Below are positions 36,440 through 44,052 of a DNA stretch of 46,888 nucleotides, in pieces. This stretch comes from a virus (taxonomy: Duplodnaviria; Caudoviricetes): the IMG/VR virus record IMGVR_UViG_3300005663_003087, positions 1 through 46,888 of that record; one strand, written 5' to 3'. The position numbers were made by a program, and so were the translations under genes. The notes beneath the pieces were generated by a model. The model was not told the DNA's origin, made no database searches, and worked only from the letters and a program-made list of their open reading frames with translations. Numbering within the stretch: the stretch's first letter is position 1; the number at the start of each line of letters is the position of its first letter.

Positions 36440-37089
36440 GGCGCACCCCCTTGCCACCCAGCCCGTTCATAGCGCGGGGTGAGCGTTAACAAAATGTGCC
36501 TAACGTAGTGGCGGTTTTCTCGCAGGGCCCAGCCAGCGCGATTGGTGTACTTCTCAACGCTGTTAAACCAAACGCCGGGGTTATCCCCGGCGGCGCGTGC
36601 TAAGCGTTGGTCACGTTGCACCCAGCCCAAGCCGCCGTTATAGGCGGAAAGCGCGAAGGCCCAGCGTTGGCATTCATCCACGGCGCTGCTGAGCCGCTGC
36701 CAATGCCACTTGTTGTAGCGAGCCTGGGCGCGCATGGCCCACGTGGGGGAGTACGGCGCGGCGCGGCCAAGGTCGGGGTAGATCTCGGCCATCCATTGAC
36801 TTGTGGCAGGCATAAACTGGCTAAGCCCTTGGGCCCCCACCGGCGAATTGACGTTGGAACGCCAGCCGCTTTCCTGGTGGATCTGCGCAGCGTGAAGGGA
36901 AACGCGGCCATTCATGCCCCATTCCTGCTGCACGATGCGCGTTAGCTCGCGTTGGTAGCTCTGCGCGGCGCTGGGTATTTGGGCGTGGGCTGGCTGGCAG
37001 GCTTCGAGCATTAGCAATGTGGCCAGCACCAGGCTCATGGCGATCCAGGTGCCGTATTCCCGCAGGTAGGCTTTAAAATCGTTCATCAT
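36424..37089 (-). CDS. Lytic transglycosylase endolysin (SLT family)
   Basis: QIHQES, GAQGLSQFMPAT, AYNGG and ENRHYV motifs. Confidence 0.92.
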   Translation of the reverse strand: MMNDFKAYLREYGTWIAMSLVLATLLMLEACQPAHAQIPSAAQSYQRELTRIVQQEWGMNGRVSLHAAQIHQESGWRSNVNSPVGAQGLSQFMPATSQWMAEIYPDLGRAAPYSPTWAMRAQARYNKWHWQRLSSAVDECQRWAFALSAYNGGLGWVQRDQRLARAAGDNPGVWFNSVEKYTNRAGWALRENRHYVRHILLTLTPRYERAGWQGGAPCSSV

Positions 37090-37280
37090 GACCGTTCCTC
37101 CTGGAGCGCCGATTCCGCACGCTCGACCACATCTTTCAAGCGGTAGTAAGCGGCTAGCATCAGTGGGCCACCGGTGAGGGTGTCCATCACGGCCACTAGC
37201 CGTTCACCTTCCGCCAGCAGCTCAGCGGCAGTATCGGCACCCATGTCAGACTCCCAGGCCAAGGGCGAGGATAGCGGCAC
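37086..37280 (-). CDS. Hypothetical protein in the lysis cassette
   Basis: Short ORF between holin and endolysin; start may be the internal MGADT. Confidence 0.45.
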   Translation of the reverse strand: MPLSSPLAWESDMGADTAAELLAEGERLVAVMDTLTGGPLMLAAYYRLKDVVERAESALQEERS

Positions 37281-37560
37281 CGATAATCAAAGCGCGGCGA
37301 AGCATGAGCACTTCCCAGGAGGTGCGCTCGTTAGTGTCCAAATCAGGATTGAAGCGATCCGGGCGGGCGTAGGGGAATATCGAGCGGTCGATCCAGTAAC
37401 CGAGATAGGCACCCCAGCAAAGCTTGGTCAGCGACCACAGCAGCACGCCCAGTTGGTGGGGGTGGAGCATCGCCACGATTAAGGTGGTGATGATGGCAAG
37501 GATCAACCAGGGGCCGATGCGGAGTTTGTCTAGGATGTTATGGCGAGTTTGGCGGTTCAC
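37246..37560 (-). CDS. Putative holin
   Basis: 2-3 TM segments; GYWIDRSIFPYARP...RRALII motif; first late gene. Confidence 0.8.
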   Translation of the reverse strand: MNRQTRHNILDKLRIGPWLILAIITTLIVAMLHPHQLGVLLWSLTKLCWGAYLGYWIDRSIFPYARPDRFNPDLDTNERTSWEVLMLRRALIIGAAILALGLGV

Positions 37561-37611
37561 GGTGGTGGCCTCAAAGCAGGGTGAGCGATATACGCAGGTG
37601 CAGTGAGGTTC

Positions 37612-37662
37612 AGACTAGAGGGGGCGGGTTAGGCGTCGGGAATCAAGCGGTTTAGGAGTTTT
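37612..37662 (-). promoter_or_regulatory. Putative activator-dependent late promoter (lysis operon)
   Basis: AAAACTCCTAAACCGCTT, then a TAGTCT -10-like box. Confidence 0.6.
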
Positions 37663-37674
37663 GAGTAGGCTAGA

Positions 37675-37705
37675 AAGCAAACAACCCGCCGTGGCGGGTT
37701 TGTTG
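37675..37705 (-). terminator. Intrinsic terminator ending the early/middle transcript
   Basis: AACCCGCC-AC-GGCGGGTT stem followed by GTTTGCTTT. Confidence 0.7.
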
Positions 37706-37726
37706 GGTAGAGCTTATCAGTCAAAC

Positions 37727-38077
37727 TCACTGAGTATGAAGCTCAGCCATCGTATTGATGTACTGCATATTTTCCATTAAGCGAGATACAGTGCCTTGAT
37801 GTAATTCAAGTTCAACAGCGTCGGCGCTGCCATATGCATTGTCACCTTCACTATCTACTTTTTGGGTGAAGTTATTATAGAGCGCCATGTGGTTTTCCAT
37901 GTGGCTGTAAAAGCGTTCGCATCGCTCACCGTATTCAAGCTGCACCTCAACACGGCACTGCCTTGCTAGGTCGGCTGCTACCTCTGTTGACACCTTGTAC
38001 TGGGTAAACGTTACGGCTTCCTGCGCCATCGCTGTACTAGCGACTAATGCTAATGTAATTCCTGCCAATGCTTTCAT
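37727..38077 (-). CDS. Secreted hypothetical protein (moron)
   Basis: Signal peptide ending AMA; two Cys; lower GC. Confidence 0.7.
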   Translation of the reverse strand: MKALAGITLALVASTAMAQEAVTFTQYKVSTEVAADLARQCRVEVQLEYGERCERFYSHMENHMALYNNFTQKVDSEGDNAYGSADAVELELHQGTVSRLMENMQYINTMAELHTQ

Positions 38078-38106
38078 ATTGTTCCCCTAATTCTTTTGAG
38101 GCTAGC

Positions 38107-38538
38107 TTAGCCGTTTGCGTTGTCGCCGAAAAGGTCTGACTGCATTCTGGCGCGGGCAAGTTTGCGCTGCTCGCCGAGGATGCTATAGATCTGCGCTTCG
38201 GTCAGGTCGTAGTCTTCGACCAGTTGGGGGATGTTATCGCCGGTGTGGCGCTCCCATATTTCACGGTCTCGCAGGGCGCGATCTAGTTGGCGGCCCTGGG
38301 GTACGTAGAGGCTACGGCCACCGGCAAACGAGCTGATAGCACGCACAGCAGCAAAGGCGCGGCTACGGGCTACCTTGGGCTCATCACCGGCGCGAACATG
38401 GGCGTTCTCGACCACGGTAAGCATGTCGCTTAAACCCTGTGGCCACTTCTTTAGGATCTCAGGGTCGAGGTAGTCCAGGGCATCGGCGGGAATGCCGAAT
38501 CCGAGATCTAGGTTGTCCTCATGCTTATGCGAGTTCAT
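38107..38538 (-). CDS. mor: Mor/C-family transcription activator
   Basis: GGRSLYVP....RALRDREIW....GDNI..L...Y.LT...IY.I. Confidence 0.9.
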   Translation of the reverse strand: MNSHKHEDNLDLGFGIPADALDYLDPEILKKWPQGLSDMLTVVENAHVRAGDEPKVARSRAFAAVRAISSFAGGRSLYVPQGRQLDRALRDREIWERHTGDNIPQLVEDYDLTEAQIYSILGEQRKLARARMQSDLFGDNANG

Positions 38539-38947
38539 TGGGGTACCGTCCTTGCCGCTTGGCGTCGATGATCAACGCTTGAAGCAGCTTATGCAGTTGG
38601 CTGTCGTCGAGAAAATCAACACGGTCGACTTTGAACATGTGCTTAGCCATGCCATCGGCGTAGGCCCAGGTGCGGCCTGCTTCGGCCAGTAGCGCCTCGA
38701 CCTTTTTCATTTCCGCTTGGCGGGTCGCTGGTGGGTTAGGTGCCTGACGGCCCGCTTTCTTGGCGGGCTTTGGCTGGAAACCTAGGCGGCGAAACTCAAA
38801 CATCACACCGCCTACTGTCTTATTGGTGAGTTCTTTGGCACTGCTCACGCCCGCTGTGCGGGCGAGAATGGCGCGGTAGTCTTCGTCGCTTAGGCCCAGT
38901 TGGGCTTTAGCGATATGGATCTGGGCCAGCTTGCCTTTGCTGATCAT
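38525..38947 (-). CDS. gemA: GemA/gp16 family (DUF1018)
   Basis: IHIAKAQLGLSDEDYRAIL...GVSSAKEL. Confidence 0.88.
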   Translation of the reverse strand: MISKGKLAQIHIAKAQLGLSDEDYRAILARTAGVSSAKELTNKTVGGVMFEFRRLGFQPKPAKKAGRQAPNPPATRQAEMKKVEALLAEAGRTWAYADGMAKHMFKVDRVDFLDDSQLHKLLQALIIDAKRQGRYPNELA

Positions 38948-39351
38948 GACGCTACCTCGCTGCTCACCAGCTCCATATCTGGGAAGTGCTTTTTCAGGTG
39001 GCTGATCAGCGTGCGGGGGCTGTTCCAGTAGGGGCTAACTTGCACTGTTCGCAGCGCCGTCATTTCGTCTGCCTGTTTCTTGCCGAACACTTTTTTCAGG
39101 CTGGGGTAACTCTTCAACTTACAGGCGCGGTAGCGGTGTGGGCGGTAGAAACGACCCTCTGGGTGTTCCGGGTGGCCATGTTCATCCACAGACATCCAAG
39201 CACCTTTTATCCAGCCATCAACGCCTACCCTTATCACTAATTTCTCTCCATCTAGCTGCTTTCGAAACGTCACTTTATGGCCTCCAGCGCGAATCGTTGC
39301 GCTGCCGAATACGCCCGAGAGCTGCTCTTCAAGTTGCTTCCATTTGTTCAT
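38944..39351 (-). CDS. Hypothetical phage protein
   Basis: Coupled ORF in the early operon. Confidence 0.7.
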   Translation of the reverse strand: MNKWKQLEEQLSGVFGSATIRAGGHKVTFRKQLDGEKLVIRVGVDGWIKGAWMSVDEHGHPEHPEGRFYRPHRYRACKLKSYPSLKKVFGKKQADEMTALRTVQVSPYWNSPRTLISHLKKHFPDMELVSSEVAS

Positions 39352-40046
39352 GACGCCAACTCACCGATCTGGGCGTGACGGCTGCCGTTCACGCCTTGGT
39401 GGAAGCTGACTTTCTTGCCGTCCTGATAGCCCTGGTGAATGGCACCGTGGTCATGGCTGCGCATGCCCTTGGTGTTATCGCGACCAGCGATGTTTTCCAG
39501 GTCATTCCAGCGCTTGGCCTTGTAGGCTTCCACGATCGCGTTCTCAGCTTCAGTGCGTTGCTGGCGTGTCACCTGTTTAGCAACGGCGTTAAGCCATGCT
39601 TGCGCATAGAGATCACCACGGCGCACCTTGGTGGTTCGCTTTAGGCGCTTATTGAGGGTGGCTAAGTAGGCGGTGCGATCGCGCTTTAGCTGTCGGCCCA
39701 GCACTTCGAAGGCATAGCCCGCTACTTCGGCAGCACCATTTAAGCCGTAGAACTCAAACTGACCGTGCCAGCGCTCGCCGTCATACACCGGGCTGTAGAC
39801 GATCTCGGCACCAAAAGCGCCCGCGACCATGTTTACCAACATGCCGATGTATTTCGGCGGTACGCGCCCTCCACTAGCCTTGCTGGTGTGGGTGCCTACA
39901 TCGCTCATGGCCACGTCGTCAGTGGTGACGCCGTGAATGGCCATTAGCTTTTGCGCCTGGCGCAATGCGGCGGCGGCTTCATTGGCATTGCTCGACTTGG
40001 CAAGCCGTAGGCACTTTTTGATTTTGTCTAACGCTTTGCTATCCAT
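39348..40046 (-). CDS. DUF2786-domain protein
   Basis: LDKIKKCLRLAKSSNANEAAAALRQAQKLM. Confidence 0.85.
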   Translation of the reverse strand: MDSKALDKIKKCLRLAKSSNANEAAAALRQAQKLMAIHGVTTDDVAMSDVGTHTSKASGGRVPPKYIGMLVNMVAGAFGAEIVYSPVYDGERWHGQFEFYGLNGAAEVAGYAFEVLGRQLKRDRTAYLATLNKRLKRTTKVRRGDLYAQAWLNAVAKQVTRQQRTEAENAIVEAYKAKRWNDLENIAGRDNTKGMRSHDHGAIHQGYQDGKKVSFHQGVNGSRHAQIGELAS

Positions 40047-40057
40047 TTCTCTCCCCT

Positions 40058-40118
40058 TGGCTGCTCATCAGTGCTGGGCCACCACGCCCAGCAGACGCCC
40101 CACGCGGGGGCGTTTCGC
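40058..40118 (-). ncRNA. Type II hammerhead ribozyme
   Basis: GC-GAAA-CGCCCC/GGGGCG-UC^-UGCUGGGC/GCCCAGCA-CUGAUGA-GC: intact core with a GUC cleavage triplet. Confidence 0.9.
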
Positions 40119-40328
40119 TTAATGAATGGTTGTTTTGATGGCTCCTTTGGCCTCTTCTAGAACCTCTTTAATGGCGAGCATTCCTAGTAGCGCTAGCCGT
40201 CCTGCCCGTTCAAGCTCGGGCGAGTCGGCACTTTCGCCGTTGAAGCCTGCATAAACCGTGAAACCGCCGGTGTCGTTAGGCTCGATCGTGATCATGGCCT
40301 TTGTGCTGGTTTTGGCTTGTTCGCTCAT
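40119..40328 (-). CDS. Hypothetical protein
   Basis: 69 aa, ATGA-coupled. Confidence 0.65.
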   Translation of the reverse strand: MSEQAKTSTKAMITIEPNDTGGFTVYAGFNGESADSPELERAGRLALLGMLAIKEVLEEAKGAIKTTIH

Positions 40329-40561
40329 GCGGCACCCCGTAGGTAAGTAATGTGATAGCGGTACTGGATGCCCGACATCGGGTCAGCGGCGCGTAGGTAG
40401 TCGTTAACCACGTTGACCTTTGGGCCATACACCTGGCGCGCTACTGCCAAGGCCGCTTCGCGGTGGGTGGTACCCGTGGCACGCTTGCCGCGCAGGGTAG
40501 CGACAAAGCCGCCGATCGCAGGGCTGACGCGGATTGATGAAGCGTTGGTGACAGTGGTCAT
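40325..40561 (-). CDS. Hypothetical protein
   Basis: 78 aa in the early operon. Confidence 0.65.
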   Translation of the reverse strand: MTTVTNASSIRVSPAIGGFVATLRGKRATGTTHREAALAVARQVYGPKVNVVNDYLRAADPMSGIQYRYHITYLRGAA

Positions 40562-40562
40562 C

Positions 40563-41195
40563 TCACACCCCCGCGATATCTAGGCTAATGGGCTGGTACT
40601 GGTCGGTGCTGCCGACGCGCTCATAGATGCGGATGTAGCTTTTGGAACCGGTGACCTGCACGGCGTCGCTGATAGCATCCATGGCTTTCAGCCAGCGCTT
40701 GTCCTGGATATTCAGGCGGCGTAGGCCTAGTACTTGACCGGTGCGGATGTTGCCCGCTGTGTCCACGCGGAAGGCGTCTTGCACGATGGTGGCCACCTCT
40801 GGGCGGGCGTCTGTTGTCCAGTCGCGTAGGCAGTCTTCAATAAGGCCTTTGGCAGCCTGTAAGCGCTCATCAAAGGTGATGGTTTCGGAGATGGCGCGCT
40901 GCACCTTGTACTTGCCGCAGAAGCTGACCAGCTGCACGTTGCCTTTCTTGCCGCCGATCTGAATGTCGTACTCCTGTGCGGATGTCTCGACCAATGCGGC
41001 GATCTCGCTAAACACATCGGCCTTGAAGTCCTTGAGCTGGTCGCGAAGCTCAGTGGCGCGATCGACAATCGAGAGCACCAGTTCATCTCGCACTTGGTCG
41101 ATGGGCTTGATCTGCGATTCGGGAATCAGACGGCCTTTGGCATCCATGCGGAAGCCTTCGGGTACTTGCTGGTTATCGGTTGCTGGGATGTTCAT
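40563..41195 (-). CDS. DUF3164-family protein
   Basis: DAKGRLIPESQIKPID, GGKKGNV and FDERLQAAK motifs. Confidence 0.85.
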   Translation of the reverse strand: MNIPATDNQQVPEGFRMDAKGRLIPESQIKPIDQVRDELVLSIVDRATELRDQLKDFKADVFSEIAALVETSAQEYDIQIGGKKGNVQLVSFCGKYKVQRAISETITFDERLQAAKGLIEDCLRDWTTDARPEVATIVQDAFRVDTAGNIRTGQVLGLRRLNIQDKRWLKAMDAISDAVQVTGSKSYIRIYERVGSTDQYQPISLDIAGV

Positions 41196-41197
41196 GT

Positions 41198-41629
41198 TCA
41201 GGTTCCTTTACGGGCTTGTTTGCGTTCAAAATTGGCGCTACCGCGATTCATTCCACGGTTATGGCGGTGGTGATTTAGTGGCTCGATAAACGCGCCGTTG
41301 CGCTGGCGGATAGCTTTGTTGTTACCCAAGCCCAGCAGGAACTCCTCCCACACGGCATATACACCGGGCAGCTCGAAAGTCTCTTCTTCTGTCTCTGGCT
41401 CGCTAGCGGGGGCAGCGGCTTGCTCAGCCAGGCCGGTATCCCAGCGTTGCCAGATGCGCAGCACGGCGGCTGCTTGCGCGGGTAGCAGTGGCTCAGGTTC
41501 CAACGCTAGGCGCTCGAACTGAACCGGGTTGATCAGGTACTGGGCTAAGTTGACGCCATGGCGGGCCATCCGTAGGGCGATGAAGCGATCGGCGTAGTGC
41601 TCAATGTGGGCGTCGCTGTAGGTTCTCAT
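41198..41629 (-). CDS. Hypothetical protein
   Basis: Coupled ORF. Confidence 0.65.
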   Translation of the reverse strand: MRTYSDAHIEHYADRFIALRMARHGVNLAQYLINPVQFERLALEPEPLLPAQAAAVLRIWQRWDTGLAEQAAAPASEPETEEETFELPGVYAVWEEFLLGLGNNKAIRQRNGAFIEPLNHHRHNRGMNRGSANFERKQARKGT

Positions 41630-42267
41630 TGCTGGTCTCCCTGGCTGGCGGCACCTTTCAGCAGATCCGATAGGCGCTTGGGTGCGTTGGCTTGCTCAAC
41701 GGCTTTGGCGTTTTGCCGTTGGCCCTTTTGGCCGCTGGCCACCGTGGCTTGGCGGTTTCTTAAGCGGTCGTGCTCGGCCAGTACGTCATCGGTAGAGCGC
41801 TCGCGCAGTGCCGCTGCTGGTGCGCGGTTTGCGGGCTGTTTGGCACCGTTGCGTGCCTGTTCTTCGCGCTGCTTTTCCACCTCACCGGCGTGGCGGTCGG
41901 CGCAGTTGGCGACAACTTCATAGAGATAACCGTGACCGCTTAGCGGTAGGTTGCTGGGTGGGCGTTCCAGCAGTTGATCCAGCGCCATGACCCACACCTT
42001 TAAAGGCGCTTCACGCGTCACGCCTTTGCGCTCAATCACACCGCTGGTGATGGTCTCTTTCAGCTCAGTCAGCAGGCGGGCACTTTTAGCGCTGGCTAAC
42101 GACCGTGAGGCAGGCCGGAACATGCCGAGATAACGCACGATGCGTGAGCTGAGCAGCGCGGGCATTTCCAAGGCAGCGGCTAGCGCCAGGTTATGTTCGC
42201 CCTGGGTGACGAAGGCGGCCATGTCGCCGGTCATGCCGCATTCCGGGCAGGTGGCTTTAAGGGTCAT
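41626..42267 (-). CDS. Conserved Mu-like hypothetical protein (N-terminal CxxC)
   Basis: MTLKATCPECG...YLGMFRP...LPLSGHGYLYEV. Confidence 0.7.
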   Translation of the reverse strand: MTLKATCPECGMTGDMAAFVTQGEHNLALAAALEMPALLSSRIVRYLGMFRPASRSLASAKSARLLTELKETITSGVIERKGVTREAPLKVWVMALDQLLERPPSNLPLSGHGYLYEVVANCADRHAGEVEKQREEQARNGAKQPANRAPAAALRERSTDDVLAEHDRLRNRQATVASGQKGQRQNAKAVEQANAPKRLSDLLKGAASQGDQQ

Positions 42268-42662
42268 TGGTCTTCTCCCTGTTGGCGGTCGGGGTTGTGC
42301 GGGCATGACTGGCAGTGGCGCCACATACGCATGGCCATGGGGTTGTGGGTAGGCGCTGGGCGAGCGCGGTATTCACGGCACTGTTCAACGCTGATCGTGA
42401 GTTGCTGCGCTGGGCACTTGAGGCCATCCAGGGCCAGCAGTACCTTCTTTTCGATACTGTCGGTGGAGGGGCTCGGGTAGCGGTTCGCCAGTGCCAAAGA
42501 GACCGCGCTACGCGAGACGCCGATGCGCTCACCCGCCATCTTGCGATTGGTGGCGCGTACTTCATCGGCTAGCAGCGAAATCCAGCGGGGCGGCTCTTCA
42601 CCCCAGTTGGTGATATCGACGGTACGGGTACGACGAATGCTCTTGTTTAAGGGCGTATTCAT
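42264..42662 (-). CDS. HTH protein with a Cys-rich C-terminus
   Basis: AGERIGVSRSAVSLALANRY; CP...C...CQSC. Confidence 0.7.
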   Translation of the reverse strand: MNTPLNKSIRRTRTVDITNWGEEPPRWISLLADEVRATNRKMAGERIGVSRSAVSLALANRYPSPSTDSIEKKVLLALDGLKCPAQQLTISVEQCREYRARPAPTHNPMAMRMWRHCQSCPHNPDRQQGEDQ

Positions 42663-43288
42663 GGCTCACCCCCTTCGGTTTTAGTGATGCGGGAATAGAC
42701 GACTTCGCCGGTGTTGGGGTCGTAGAGCTGTTTGGTGCGCTGGATCATTGGCGCACGGGGCCCCGTCCAGCGGCTGGAAACCAAGCGGTAGCGAGTCAAC
42801 ACGCCCGGCGATCCAGGACGAATAATGTCGATGTACCCGGCAGCGGCCAGAAAGCGCAGGTATTCGTTGGTGGTGGTTTCGGCGATCTCTACCGTGGGCG
42901 TGCTGGCGGCGTCGGCCAGCTCGCGGGCGGTGCAGTCACCAATGATTTTGAGCGTGCGCCAGATCTGTTCACGACCTAATCCACCTGTCGGGGTACTGCC
43001 ATCTTTGCGCACACGCGGGGCTTCGACGCCTACGTCTCGGATCAGCGTGAGGTTGATGGTTTGCGCCGGTCTGTAGGGGCCAGGGGCGCGCACTATGTAA
43101 CCAGCTTTTTCCAAGCCAGTGAGGTAATCACGCACCCGGCTTTTGGGCGTTGTGACGGTCATACCTGCCCAAACGCCATCAACCGTAATGGGCTGGCCAT
43201 CAGTATGAATCGCCCGAAGGGTTTCCCACATTGCCTGGCGGTCGCCTTTGGGGCCCTGGGCGTTGAGTTGAGGTTTGCGTTTTGCCAT
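42659..43288 (-). CDS. Tandem winged-helix DNA-binding protein
   Basis: Two YL..L..AGYI repeats; follows MuB. Confidence 0.7.
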   Translation of the reverse strand: MAKRKPQLNAQGPKGDRQAMWETLRAIHTDGQPITVDGVWAGMTVTTPKSRVRDYLTGLEKAGYIVRAPGPYRPAQTINLTLIRDVGVEAPRVRKDGSTPTGGLGREQIWRTLKIIGDCTARELADAASTPTVEIAETTTNEYLRFLAAAGYIDIIRPGSPGVLTRYRLVSSRWTGPRAPMIQRTKQLYDPNTGEVVYSRITKTEGGEP

Positions 43289-43291
43289 GCC

Positions 43292-44011
43292 TTAGCCCCT
43301 CCGTGCCGGTGGTTGGCCGGTATGGATCTCGCGCTCGCCCCATTCGCGAAGGCCTACCATCTGCCAGCCGTTGGCGGTGGCCTCGCTATGGATCTGGTAG
43401 AGGTTGACGGCGACGCGGCGTAGGCAGCCTTTAACGCGGTCGTTTACCGTTTCAAGCAGGTCATCTTCGATCTCAATATCGGGATAGCTCTTATCAGCCA
43501 GGGCGCGCACGTCATCCAGGCTGGCGGCTTGGGCGGGCACCCATTCCAGTACGCGGTTATGCAGTCGTTCTAGGCGGGCCATTGAGGCAGGAACGCGCTC
43601 TTCACCGATCAGAATCAAGGTACCCTGGCTGGCGTTATAAATGTCGGTGAGGACGTTGGCGGCGGCTTTGTCGATCACGTACTGGACGTCATCGACAATT
43701 AGCGGGCGGCCTGAGCGGGAGAGCTGCTCGGCGATCTGGTCGACCATTTCGCTAAGCGTTTTCATGGGGATGATGCCCATCTCGCGCAGTACGGCGACTA
43801 CGAATGCTTTCTTTGTCCAGCTCTCACGGCACTCGACGTAGTAGGCGCGGTGTAGGTTGGCGGCATAGGCGGCAGCCAAGCTTTTGCCGTAGCCGCTGGG
43901 GCCGTACATGACCACCAAGCCAGGCAGCTCCGGCGGGCGGTTAGCGGCGCTTTCAACGGCAGCGGCGAGTAGCCCGACGTTAGTGAGTGGTACAATAGTG
44001 TTGACGCTCAT
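43292..44011 (-). CDS. MuB-like AAA+ transposition ATPase
   Basis: GPSGYGKS Walker A, LIVDD Walker B; follows the transposase. Confidence 0.9.
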   Translation of the reverse strand: MSVNTIVPLTNVGLLAAAVESAANRPPELPGLVVMYGPSGYGKSLAAAYAANLHRAYYVECRESWTKKAFVVAVLREMGIIPMKTLSEMVDQIAEQLSRSGRPLIVDDVQYVIDKAAANVLTDIYNASQGTLILIGEERVPASMARLERLHNRVLEWVPAQAASLDDVRALADKSYPDIEIEDDLLETVNDRVKGCLRRVAVNLYQIHSEATANGWQMVGLREWGEREIHTGQPPARRG

Positions 44012-44052
44012 AGTGCTTCCTTATCCAAGGTTGGGGTGTCGTGGGCCGTGGT

